Shown here piece by piece: positions 25,851 through 38,123 of a stretch of 64,000 nt of DNA. Positions within the stretch are counted from its first letter, which is position 1. Each line of letters starts with the position of its first letter. The stretch comes from Tubulanus polymorphus (Eukaryota; Animalia; Nemertea). The translations under genes were made by a program, and so were the position numbers. The stretch is from NCBI RefSeq assembly GCF_964204645.1, contig NC_134029.1:13232850-13296849 (forward strand), in the 5' to 3' direction. Below the pieces are notes generated by a model, which did no database searches, was not told where the DNA came from, and saw nothing but the letters and a program-made list of their open reading frames with translations.

Positions 25851-28800
25851 ATGGAAGCAAATAAGTACTACTGTCCAACATGTAATATCAATATAGATAA
25901 ATCCCAAAAATCAAGACACAATAAAACTTAAACACATTTAGAGAATAAATTGAAACTAGAATATAAAGATGATATATTAGAAACTAAATTAGATGAATTA
26001 AAGAATGAAAAAGAAACATACAAATGAGTACATGTAATCAATCATTCAGTGATAAAAGATATTATAATGAACATTTAAAATCTAAAAGTCATATTAGAAA
26101 TATGAATAATGATATTTTAGGTGAAGATTATTTTGATAATGACAATGATAAGAAACATAAGACAATTAAAAGAATAAGAAATAAATTAAACAATAAAAGA
26201 CCATACATGGAAGATGTGAGAAAATATATTAATTCTTTAGATAATAAAAAAGATATAGAGATAACCGAAGCATTTAAAACTGATATTGGCCCAGCAGCTA
26301 TCGAGTTTAAATTTCATGAAGGAAAAACATTAGAAGAAAATAAAAAACATTTAGAAAATATGAAAGAAATAATAAAAATAATAACTGATGTTGAATATCC
26401 TAAAATAAGTATATCTTCTAGAGTTAAATTCATAAAATCTGAAGATAAACCAATATATAATATAAATTCTCATTCACAACATATTATATCTAAACAACAT
26501 ATAGATGATAAATTAGATAAATGTTATAATGAAGTAAAAACTAAAATAGAAGAGAAATGTTTTGAAGGATCTGGTTTAATATTTGATGAAATAATATTTA
26601 TGACTTTACATGTGTATAACACAAAATATAATAAGTTAACTAAATCGAAACCAATAGATGAAAATAATGTATCATATTATAAAGAACCAGATATTGAAGC
26701 ATCGAGTTATATTAAACTACCTTTTAAAACTAATGCTGTAATAAATGTACAAAATGAAGATGATAAATGTTTTCTACGGACAATTATAAGTTGCTTACAT
26801 CCAACAGAAGATATTACACATAGTTTTAGATTAACTAATTATAAACCATTTGAAAATAATTATAAGATAGATAAGTATCCTGTTAGAATTAAAAACATCC
26901 CAAAATAGAAAGAGATAATAATATAAAGATAAATGTATTTGATTAAATCAAATTACCAAATACAAAAGGTAACAATTTAAAACATTATACATTAGAACCT
27001 TTATACCTATCAAAAGATTATGATTCAAATGATGTTATAGATATATTATATTATGAGAATCATTATATGTGGATTAAACAAATCGATTTATTTTTTAAAT
27101 CAGAAAATAAATATTTTGATAATAAAATATATCTATGTAGAAAATTTTTACATAAATTCAGAACTGAAAGTGCATTATTAAATCATAAACAATTATGTGA
27201 AAATCATGATTATTGTAAATTAGTTTTACCAAATGAAAATGATAAAATATTAGAATTCAAAAATGATTACAAAAATAAGGTACCATTTGTTATATATGGA
27301 GATTGTGAATCATTAAATAAAGAATTAACTTATCAAGATAGAAAAGAAATATATTATAAAAGAAAGAAATTAAATTATGATGAAAATGATTTTTCAGATG
27401 AACCACCAAAACAAATACAATTAAAAAGATTCATCAATCAGCTGCTTTCGGGTTATATATTAAATCTGATTATCCAGAACTAATTAAAAGTGAATATTAT
27501 CATTATAGAAATGAAAATGTTATTAATCATTTTTGTGACTTATTAATTGAATATGAAATAAGATTTAGTAAATTATTGAATACAAATAAAGAAATAATTA
27601 TGACAGAAGAAGATAAAGAAGAATTTGTGTTTACAGGTAAATGTTATTATTGTGAAAAGATATTTAATTATAAAGATAAAAAAGTAAGAGACCATGATCA
27701 TTTGAATGGAAAGTTTAGAGGTGCTGCACATGAGAATTGTAACTTACAAGCTAAGAAAATTAACTTTGTACCAGTTATATTTCATAATCTATCAGGATAT
27801 GATGCTCATTTATTTATCAAACAGTTATGCCATAAAATAGAAGAAATTGATAATGAAATAGAAAGATTAAATTCAAATAGATCAAAAGATAAAATACCAA
27901 CTTATAAATTTAAAATGTTAGCTAGAACATCTGAGAATTATATATCATTCCAATTTGGTTGCCTAAGATGTATAGATCCATATAGATTTTTAAATAGTTC
28001 ATTAGATAACTTATCAAAATCAATATTTGATGATGAATTAAAAATATTGAAGCAACACTACCCAAATAATGATGATTTCCAATTAATGAGATATAAAGGC
28101 GCAATTCCATATTCTTTCTATAAAAATCATAATGATTTCAATATATCTGAATTATTAAAAGAACAATTCTATGATGAATTAAAAAATGAATATGTTAAAG
28201 ATGAAGTCTATAATAGAACATTGAATATTTGGAATCATTTAAAAATAGAAAATCATGGACAATTAGTAGATTCATATCTAAAATCAGATGTATTATTATT
28301 AACCGATATATTCGAAAGGTTTAGAGATGTAAACCTAAAATATTTCAATATTGATCCTTGTCATTGTTATTCTAGCCCAGGTTTAACATGGGATTGTGGA
28401 TTAAAATTTACAGATATAAAAATGGATTTAACAAATATAGATCAATTATTATTATTTGAAAAATCTATAAGAGGAGGAGTTTCAGGTGTATTAGGGGATA
28501 GATATTTCAATTTAAATGATAACCCTGGATATAAGTTATTATATATAGATGCAAATAATTTGTATGGTTGGGCAATGATGGAACCACAACCTTATGGAGT
28601 ATTTGAAATAAGTGAAGTTTCACAACATGAAAATAATGATAAATTTGATTGGAAGAAAAGAATCCTAGATATTGCAGATGATTCAGTTACTGGTTACTTC
28701 TTTATTGTAGATTTATTAATATCCTGAACATATTAAATTTAAATCTAGAAATCTAGCATACTGTCCAGAACATAAAACTGTAACTCATGAAGAATTATCA

Positions 28801-29884
28801 AATTATCAAAAAAGAATTAAACCCGAAAATCATATTCATACAGAAAAGTTAATGGTAACTCAAGAAGATAAATATAATTATGTAGTACATTATAGAATGT
28901 TAAAGTTTTATCTAAAACAAGGAATGATCCTTAAAAAAGTACATAGTTATATTTCATTTAGTCAATCTAAGTGGTTAGAAAAATATATAGATTTTAACAC
29001 CAAACAGAGAACTGAAGCTAAAACTGATTTCGAGAAAGATTTCTTCAAGTTAATGAATAATGCATTCTATGGTAAGACTTCTGAAAATATTAGAAATAGA
29101 AATGATATTGAGTTAGTTAGTAATGGTAAAAGGATAAGGCATTTACAATCATATCCAAGTTTTTAGGTAACAGAATATTTGATGAAAATTTAGCTGCAGT
29201 TAAGATGAGAAGAACATAAATTAAATTTAATAAACCAATCTATGTTGGTGCTTCAGTTTTAGAATTATCAAAATTACTAATGTATGAATTCTATTATAAT
29301 GTATTACAACCACTTTTTGGAGAAAAACATATAGAAATCTTATATTTGGATACTGACAGTTACATATTAAAGATACAAACTAATAACATAACAGATGATT
29401 TAAAACCATTAAAACATCATTTTGATTTCAGTAATTATCCTAAAAATCATGAATTGTTTAGCAATGATAATAAAAAAGTGTTCCTGGTAAATTCAAAGAT
29501 GAATTAGGCGGTGAAGAAATGATTGAATTCATTGGTATTAGATCCAAAATGTATTCATATAAAACTAAAGAACATGAAGGTAAAAAGTTAAAAGGAATAA
29601 CCAAAAGTGTAGTAGAAAAGAATATTCATTTCAAAGATTACATCAATTGTATTTTCAATGAAGAAGTTAGAAAACATAAAATGAGATGTTTAAGATCTGA
29701 AGATCATGAAATGTTTATTGAAGAGATAGAGAAGATAAGTCTAAACCCATTTGATGATAAAAGATATATTTTAGATGATGGAATTCATACAGTTGCTTAT
29801 GGTTGTAATTTAGATGAATACTTAAAATTTAAAATAGAAGAAACAAAAGAGAACGAGATAATGAAAAGAATTCTAACGTGTTAA
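25851..29884 (+). pseudogene. pPolB: Protein-primed family B DNA polymerase with zinc fingers and endonuclease VII-like insert; disrupted
   Basis: FHNLSGYD, YIDANNLYG, KLMNNAFYGK, YLDTDS and RDHDHLNGKFRGAAHENCNL; several frameshifts and stops. Confidence 0.93.
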
Positions 29885-29913
29885 TCAAATTTTAATAAAA
29901 ATATGTATTATAA

Positions 29914-30267
29914 ATGGAGAGTAAACAAGCGCACAGTGAGAACAACAAATTATTTTTAGATAGAATAAAAGATACTTCAAATGTCAAATCAGTAGATTAT
30001 AAATTTAAGAAGTTAAAAGAATTAATAATCCATAAGAAATATCTAATTACAAATATTGATACAGTTACTAACAAATATGGAGATAAATTAGTTATACACT
30101 TAGAATATGAAGGATTATAAGAAGATACATATAAATTCGGAACATATTTACCAGATAGATTTCATAGATTATCAAGTGAAGATCTAGAAGAATTATGTTC
30201 TGGAGATTTCTATTTCGTATACAAAGGTAAGAATGAAAAAGGGCACCATGAAATAGATTTCGAATAA
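29914..30267 (+). pseudogene. Putative OB-fold ssDNA-binding protein (premature stop at 30118)
   Basis: FKKLKEL...VTNKYGDKLVIHL...YLPDRF; directly follows pPolB; function is inferred. Confidence 0.5.
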
Positions 30268-30284
30268 GAAAATATGTAAAATAA

Positions 30285-31033
30285 ATGGTAGAATTAAAAG
30301 AATACAGAATATTTGTTGATTCTAGAAAACTTACAAATTATAAATCACATAATTTACTAGTTCAATTAGATAGAGAATTTAAGAATTGTGTTGATTAAAA
30401 ATTAGTAAATATAACTTTATGTAATTCTTTTTACAATGTATCGGATAAAAGTCTTGAACATTTATTTTTTTCAATCAGGAGTAAGAATAAATGGAATTAT
30501 CTATTTTTAAAACCAGGATTATATAATTTAGAATCATTAACGCAAGAAATTAATAAAAAAGCTCGGATAAAATTAGGTAGTGATGCTGGATTTAACATTA
30601 GATTTTTGAAAAGTGATAATTCTAATAAAATGAAGATAAGGTTAGCTCATAATGAAAAATATCAATTTTCAGTTAAAAAACCTGTAGCTAAACTGTTAGG
30701 AATTACACCAGATAAACTTTATTCAAACGTTGATACTACACCAAATATAATACCTTACACACATTTCTATATTGCAATTTAATTGATCCTACAAAAACAT
30801 TTGAAGCAACTAAAGATAAAACTTGCAATTCTAGTATACTAAATATTTTACCATTAAAAAATATTAAACAATTTGGAACTCAAATAAATAATAATTTAAC
30901 AGAATGTGATTTCAAACCTTGCATTCCACATTTCAATAATTTCAAATTAGAAATAAGAAATCATAATGGATATTAAATTGATTTAAATTACTTTCCTGTG
31001 ATATATGGATTAGTTATAAGATGTAGAGAGTAA
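30285..31033 (+). pseudogene. Putative minor capsid protein (penton), frameshifted
   Basis: Homolog of 19221-19981. Confidence 0.7.
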
Positions 31034-31048
31034 TTTTTCGTTATATAA

Positions 31049-31410
31049 ATGAATATAACTGTTGGACCGAGTATATGTTTTGGGTTTGATTTTAAACATG
31101 AGAAAGAAATGAAATTTAACATTAATGATGTAATTACACATATTAGAATATTGCATTTTCTAATGAAACAACATTTGAGTATGAAAAAACAATAGATAAA
31201 GACACTTTAAATGTAGAAAAGATTACTAATTTAATTAGAGAATCTTTAAGATTTTATGAATTAGATGAAGATTTTATCATAGATGATATTAAAAACATAT
31301 TAACCAAAATATATGATAATCATGAAACTAGTAATGAAATAAATGTTGAAATAATTATAAATAAGATAACTAAATATTTTGATGATAGTAATTTTTTTGA
31401 TAAATAAATG
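31049..31410 (+). pseudogene. Hypothetical element protein (MNITVGPSICFGFDF...)
   Basis: Homolog of intact ORF 18856-19203; TAAATG start. Confidence 0.65.
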
Positions 31411-31629
31411 AGTGATAATAAGTGGATAATAACTGGATTATATAATGGAGCATTACTATCAGTTGGAACTGTTGGTTATTCAATGGTATTAAAAAAAGTA
31501 TTCAAAATGGGAAGTGCTAATGTTGATAGATTTGATATAAATGATATCTTAAAATTAACATTAGCAGTTACTTTATCTAATTTAACTATTGATTATTTGG
31601 AAAAACAAAAATATATTCCTCCCATATAA
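31408..31629 (+). CDS. Small protein with two hydrophobic helices (73 aa)
   Basis: Intact and conserved in element B. Confidence 0.8.
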   Translation: MSDNKWIITGLYNGALLSVGTVGYSMVLKKVFKMGSANVDRFDINDILKLTLAVTLSNLTIDYLEKQKYIPPI

Positions 31630-31653
31630 ATGCGTAATTATTTTACTAAATAA

Positions 31654-32075
31654 ATGGCTTCTGCAATTATAACTATTATAGGATCGGCAATTGTTAACGC
31701 TTTAGCATTTAATGGTGGTGGTTATTTATTTAAGCATATTGATAAAAATAGTTCATTAGGAGAACAAAGAAGACATAACTTAGCATTAGAAAAATACAAT
31801 AAAGCAGCAGAAGAATATAGAGAAAAGAGGCAAAACTATATGGATTATATTAACAAGGAATTATATGATCAGAAGATTTCACATAGAGATTTCAATCAGT
31901 CGATGATGCAATGAGTTTATATAACGCAGTAAGCAATAAAGAAAAATTACATCTATACAAACCTAAATCATCAGATTATTTTACCCCAAGTAAAGAACAA
32001 CAGAAATATGAAATAATATGGATTTTAGGTGGAACTGTTATTGTTATATTTGTAGCATATAGATTTACTAATTAG
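31654..32075 (+). pseudogene. Small protein with N-terminal hydrophobic helix, coiled coil and C-terminal TM; frameshifted
   Basis: MASAIITIIGSAIVNALAF...RRHNLALEKY; a second frame ends EIIWILGGTVIVIFVAYRF. Confidence 0.75.
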
Positions 32076-32095
32076 TAATTTTCTTTGTTAAATAA

Positions 32096-32521
32096 ATGGA
32101 TGATAATATTGATATTATTCCTCATGATATAAATAAAACTAAATTAAAAATATATTTAGAAAAACAAATATTAGAATTTGAAAGTGATTTAAAGATAAAA
32201 AAGAAAAAATATTTAAAAAGTAAAATTATACATTATTGTATTATTAGTGGTTCGGTTACAATTAGTTCTATAATAACATTTTTAGCAATATTCAGTCCAT
32301 TAACACCTTTAGCTATATCAATTGGTGTATAAGGATTAAGTTCAAGTGTTTTAACTGGTATAAGTTCAAAATTAAATATAAAAAGTAATAAAGAAAAAAT
32401 TAAAACTAATATAAAAGAAATTAATAAATCAAAGAATACACTAGATTATATAATAAGTTTAAATGGTCATATAACAGTTGAAGAACAAGATAAATTATTA
32501 AAAGAATTAGTTAATTATTAA
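32096..32521 (+). pseudogene. Predicted two-TM membrane protein (premature stop at 32330)
   Basis: IIHYCIISGSVTISSIITFLAIF / LAISIGV*GLSSSVLTGIS. Confidence 0.7.
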
Positions 32522-32537
32522 TTTTTTAATTATATAA

Positions 32538-33925
32538 ATGGTAGATAGTTTTCCAAAAGCTTCCCAATATAATTAATCAATTAAATATAATATTCCAGCA
32601 ATATATTTTAATAAAGATATTACGTATAGAAATGAAGTTTTAGATTCATTAACTAATTTAGAAATTTATGTTACTGAAACAAATAATTTTAATGCAAAGG
32701 TGGAAAATATATTTCATGTATATTTAATTAATTTTAAAAAATTGAGAGATGAAAAACAATGGTTATTAAAATCTAATATGAAGTATTGGCAGAACCAATT
32801 AAATTTTGCTGTTTATTGTGCAACAACAGGTTGTGGAATTAGTTGGAATGATCATTTGAATAATTCTAAATATAAATTAATTCAAAGTTTATTTAGATTT
32901 CATACATACTTTCAAATCAGAATAATATTAAATGAATTAGAGTGTGCTTTACCAGGATCTAGATATTTTAAAGAATCAGATAATAATATTAATTTATCGA
33001 AGTTTTATAAAATTTGTAATGAATTTAATATAGATATAAATAATTCTGATTTTAGAACAAAAATTGGAACAATAAGATCACTTCCTTGCCCTGAAAATGT
33101 TGCAGCATATTGTACACTTCCCATACCATCTAATAGCTTTTATAATATCTATAATAATAAATTAGGTTATGGTAAAATAGAAACAAAGGATTTAGAAACA
33201 TTAAATTTCAATAAATTACCGAAATTTTATGATCATTTAAAACAAGAAAACAATAATGGTTGGGTTTATTTTATTTTAGAAAATAGTGAAGGTTTTACTA
33301 AATCAGGTATACAAAGAATAAATCAATCTATTAGAACTTATTTGATATGTATTCTAGGATCACAGGTTGAAACAAGATCCCCAATGATTGGAAATTTAAA
33401 TACATCATTTGATACACAGAAACAATTCAAAGTATTATTTGAAGATTCCATTCATAATGATAAAAATAGATCGATTCCAGAAAACATTGTAAGATATCAA
33501 AATTATTTAGATAAATCACATATTAGATTAAATTATTGTATAGGCCCTAATCTATTAATTATTTCTAATGATTTAGTATTAAAGATGGGAAAAATAATTG
33601 GTTATAATAATCTAATCAAAACTGCAACAATAAATAATTCATTTGGATTAAATGATATAAATAAAAAGATTATCACTGCTCCAAAATTAATGGAAGGTGA
33701 AAAAAATAAAAAACATATTCAATCAACAGAAACTAAAACTAATAATATTAAATTAAATAATGATTCTAAAATAAAAGATTACAATACATCAGAAAATATT
33801 AAAACTGATAATATTCAACATGATATAATTAAAACTAATAATGATAATAAATCCCATGAAAATACTAAATTAGCTTTAACTTGTATAGGAATTGTAATCG
33901 GAGGAATATTATATTTTAAATTTTA
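32538..33925 (+). pseudogene. Conserved element protein (WQNQLNFAVYCATTGCGISW) with C-terminal TM
   Basis: TAAATG start at 32538 with an early stop, then a long ORF from 32700; LALTCIGIVIGGILYF at the C-terminus; homolog in element B. Confidence 0.8.
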
Positions 33926-33940
33926 TTTTTTATTATGTAA

Positions 33941-35393
33941 ATGGAAGAAGGTGGAGAAAATTTTCCATTGGAAGGCATGGGAAATAATAATGAAGGATAT
34001 ATTGATGATGATTATAATGATGCAGGTGCTAATATTGATGATGGTAATGAATCAGCATATAATTCTAATTTAGCAGATAGTGGTTCTAAAGCCCCATCAA
34101 CAGATGAATATATTAGAGGAGCTAAATCGAGAATACCTACTGAAAATGAAAATCCAGATTTAGTAAGACAAAATTTAGAAAATATTGAATTTATATATAA
34201 TTTCCAACGTGTATTTAAAGAATCTGGATATAATATAAATGATAAAGGCGCCAGACTTTTAGTACAAGATTTAAAGTTTTTAGATGGTGAATATTATTAT
34301 AAATTGAAAGATGATTATTATATTGATATCTCTTATAAAAAAACAAGACAAAATATTAGCAGAATCAACTTTGCTTAAGTTAAACCTATCTAGAATTAAA
34401 AGAATAAGAAATAGTAATGAACCAGAAGATGTAACACAAGAAGAAATTATTAAAAATGAAAGAGTATTTAAACAAAGAATTAATGAATTATTAGAAACAA
34501 TAAAAAATAATTTAGAAACAGAAACAACTTCTGAACAGAATATAACTTCCAAAACTAGTAAACTTAAATCAAATAAAGTTCCAATTGAAAAACTTTTTCC
34601 AGATGGATTACTTGATGCAACAGATCAAGAATTAGAAGATTTAGATATATTTTCTGATAAAGCAATTAGAGAAATTATTAGTATAAGAAATGAAGCTGAT
34701 AAAATTGCGCATGATAAAAGTATAAGAGATATTGAAATAAGAAATTTAGAAAAAGAATTAACTGATAAAAATAAAGAAATAGAACAACTAAAGTCTGATT
34801 TAGATCATCAAGTAATTGATGAAATAGAATATAGGCAAAAAGAATTACGTTTAGAAAAAGAAATTAATAATTTAAAAGATAATTTAGAAGTACAGAAAGA
34901 TGAAATTAAATTATTATCAAAATCATATGATTATAATATTAATAGATTAGAAGTTATTTTTAAAAATTTGTTGATAAAACCAAATTCTGAAATATCATTA
35001 AAAGATAGAATAAAGTTATTATTTAAATTAGAAGGAATAACGATTCTTTCAATTCTAACAGCTGTAACTATGTTATTTACAACAATTGGTTTAGCAATAT
35101 CAAATTCTTTGAAATCTACTCCTACTCCCAATAAACCGGATAAACCCCCGAATGATAATAATTCTATACAAGATAAAGTTAAGGATGGTTTAAAAAAATT
35201 AGCAAAATATTTATGGGAACTATCTAAAAAATCTGCTGCAGCATTACCAGGAATTATTGCATCAATTGTTGGTTTTATATTGAAATCTGCAGGAAACATT
35301 ATTAACTTTGCTGCTGAACATATTATTTTAATTTTAATTACAGTTGTAAGTGCTATTATTTTTGGGTTAGTAAACATGATAAAAAATAAATAA
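33941..35393 (+). pseudogene. Large protein with acidic N-terminus, long coiled coil and several TM segments; one frameshift near 34345
   Basis: Overlapping ORFs 33941-34378 and 34311-35393; hydrophobic GITILSILTAVTMLFTTIGLAI, ALPGIIASIVGFIL, IILILITVVSAIIFGLV. Confidence 0.8.
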
Positions 35394-35414
35394 TTAATTT
35401 TCTTTGTTAGATAA

Positions 35415-36566
35415 ATGAGTTGGAGTTATATCAATCCTTCTAAGAATCATAGAATATCTAATGCTATTAAAGCAGAAAGATCACATCATATAATTACTCA
35501 TAACCCTTCTTATATTAATCCTGATGAAACTTTATATGTTAGAATTCCTCGATTAACACAAAATACTTTTTATGTTCCAAATAGTATTTATTTATCAGCC
35601 GATATAAAAGTAATCGGTAATAATAATAATTATGTTGTCGATAATGTTGGAAGATATTTGATTAAAAAACTAACAATAAAGATCGGCCCAGAAACAGTTT
35701 TCTCATTAGATGATTATATTTTATTTATGCATTATAAAGATTTATGGTCAACTAAAGAAAATAGAAATAATATGATATTTCAAGGCATCCAATCTATATT
35801 GATATTTGATCCTATTTTCAAAATTTATAAAACTAAACTAATAGAAATCGATGATAATAAAAGTGGTGTTGTTGATAATTTAAGTAATGTAATTGATAAT
35901 AATGTTTTACCTTCTACATCAAATAATGTTATACCTTCTACATCAAATAATGTTATACCTTCTACATCAAATAATGTTTTACCTTCTACATCAAATAATG
36001 TTATACCTTCTACATCTAATAATGTAATACCTTCTACATCTAATAATGAAATAATATTAAATATTAGTGAAAATAGAAATTATTGTGATTATTGTAAAAG
36101 TGAATTTTCAAACGCTCCATCAAATTGGAATAAACATATGAATACAAAGGTACATATTACTAATGTTATAGAACGTGTTGGTTTAAGAGAATTTATAGAA
36201 CACCCATTTAGATATGTTACAAAGTTTGTTTCAAATAAAAAAGTAAATGGTAAAGAATTATATGAAGATTTATTATTAGCAACACCTAATAAAGATGAAT
36301 TAGATTTAACCGATGCTAATAAAATATTAGGATCAAACATTGTAAATGAAATATTAGGAGCAAACACTAAGAAAGATGATAATGAAAATATAGTTACAAA
36401 TATTGATATTAAAGATAATGTGGATACATTTTTCTCGAAAGATAAAGTAGTAACTATTGATGATGCGGTAAAAAGGATGAATAAGTATAACAATAATGAA
36501 GAATTTGAAGAAGATTCGGTAGAGAGTTTGAATAAATTGTTAGGGTCTGATAGTGAAAGTGATTAA
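35415..36566 (+). CDS. Chimeric ORF: N-terminal ~127 aa of major capsid protein fused to the C-terminus of another protein (NNVIPSTS repeats, C2H2 finger)
   Basis: Matches element B MCP up to QGIQS (~35795) then diverges abruptly; YCDYC...KHMNTKVH. Confidence 0.75.
   Translation: MSWSYINPSKNHRISNAIKAERSHHIITHNPSYINPDETLYVRIPRLTQNTFYVPNSIYLSADIKVIGNNNNYVVDNVGRYLIKKLTIKIGPETVFSLDDYILFMHYKDLWSTKENRNNMIFQGIQSILIFDPIFKIYKTKLIEIDDNKSGVVDNLSNVIDNNVLPSTSNNVIPSTSNNVIPSTSNNVLPSTSNNVIPSTSNNVIPSTSNNEIILNISENRNYCDYCKSEFSNAPSNWNKHMNTKVHITNVIERVGLREFIEHPFRYVTKFVSNKKVNGKELYEDLLLATPNKDELDLTDANKILGSNIVNEILGANTKKDDNENIVTNIDIKDNVDTFFSKDKVVTIDDAVKRMNKYNNNEEFEEDSVESLNKLLGSDSESD
35898..36047 (+). repeat. 24-bp coding tandem repeat, 6 units (NNV[L/I]PSTS)
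   Basis: AATAATGTT[T/A]TACCTTCTACATC[A/T] repeated. Confidence 0.95.
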
Positions 36567-37742
36567 GATACTAATTATATTTAACTCAAATAATGATATT
36601 GGTTGAAAATTGTATAAAATAATAGTAAATAAAAATGGGGGTTTTAAGTATTTAAGGTATCTAATAGGGTATCTAATACATAGTAGGTATTAGGGTATCT
36701 AATAGGGTATCAGGTATTAGGGTATCTAATAGGGCATCTAATACATAGGTATATAAATAGTTATTTTATAAATTTATATTCATAGGGAAATTGAAGCCTC
36801 AGTAATAATTTTGAACCTTTATTATTCTTTAATTTATTCATATATTCATCATGTAATTCAGTAGGTATAATTTGATTTTCTTCCAATGATTGTTGCATAG
36901 ATTTTCTATCTTTATTGTAGAATAAAACTAGAAATCTTATATTCTCCCTAAAGTCTTTAACGATTGAATTATATTTTTGATTTAAAACCCATAAATTTGA
37001 TTGGATGAATAAGCATAACAATGAAACAACTATTGATGATGCGGTAAAAAGGGTGAAGAATAAGTATAAAAATAATAAAGAATTTGAAGAAGAAAATTCG
37101 GTAGAGAATTTGAAAAAAATGATGGGGTATGATAGTGAAAGTGATTAAAATATTAATTATATTTAACACAAATAATAATATTGGTTGAAAATTGTATAAA
37201 ATAATAGTAAATAAAAAAAGGCTTTTTAAGTATTTAAGGTATCTAATACGTATCTAATACATATCTAATACATATTATTTGAAAATACCTTAAATTATAT
37301 ATTTTTTTAAATTCATATTGAAACCTCAGTAATAATAAATTACCTTTATTATTTTCAAACTTATTCATATATTAGTTGAAAAAATAAAAATAAATTGGTT
37401 GAAAATTGTATGAATAATATTTATTTTAAAAAGGGGGTTTTAAGTATCAATGTATTTAATACGTATCTAATACGTATTTAATACGTATTAGATGGATAGA
37501 TATATAAATAGTTATTTTATAAATTTATATTCATAGGGAAATTGAAGCCTCAGTAATAATTTTGAACCTTTATTATTCTTTAATTTATTCATATATTCAT
37601 CATGTAATTCAGTAGATATAATTTGATTTTCTTCCAATGATTGTTGCGTAGATTTTCTATCTTTATTGTAGAATAAAACTAGAAATCTTATATTCTCCCT
37701 AAAGTCTTTAATAATTGAATTATATTTTTGATTTAAAACCCA
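36453..37742. repeat. Tandem duplication of the convergent 3' ends (end of the 36566 ORF, intergenic GTATCTAATA repeats, ATPase 3' end)
   Basis: 36453-36990 matches 37029-37742; ORF 36761-37021 duplicates the ATPase C-terminus. Confidence 0.9.
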
Positions 37743-38123
37743 TGTTGTTATCCCGAAATGTCTCGCAGAGAATGCTAAGTAACATAACTCACTTTCTCTC
37801 ACTTTTGAATCATGTAAATTAGCGCAATCATCTACAATGAATAATGTATTTGATCCTTTATAAGTATCAATTGCTATTTTTATACAATTATCTAAATTTT
37901 CTTTTACTGTTTTAGGATCTAATATAATAAACTTTTTTATCTTAACTATATCTCTATTATATGTTTTATTCATTTCATAAGTAGGACAAAATAATATTAT
38001 ATTATCAAAATGATTCTTATAAATAGTTTCTAACAAATCTAATATGAAATGTGTTTTACCACAATTGGTTACACCAGTAACTAACATATTATGCGGTTCA
38101 AATATAAATAAATCTTTATTCAT
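37512..38123 (-). CDS. A32/FtsK-HerA-like genome packaging ATPase
   Basis: Walker A GVTNCGKT, Walker B LFIVDD, and ARHFGITTWVLNQ; intact 203 aa. Confidence 0.92.
   Translation of the reverse strand: MNKDLFIFEPHNMLVTGVTNCGKTHFILDLLETIYKNHFDNIILFCPTYEMNKTYNRDIVKIKKFIILDPKTVKENLDNCIKIAIDTYKGSNTLFIVDDCANLHDSKVRESELCYLAFSARHFGITTWVLNQKYNSIIKDFRENIRFLVLFYNKDRKSTQQSLEENQIISTELHDEYMNKLKNNKGSKLLLRLQFPYEYKFIK

Noticed and set aside
34280-36493. Minus-strand ORFs 34280-34552, 34931-35377 and 36089-36493
   Set aside because: Antisense shadows of the plus-strand genes
36761-37021. Apparent second ATPase gene
   Set aside because: Only the duplicated 3' end; lacks Walker motifs
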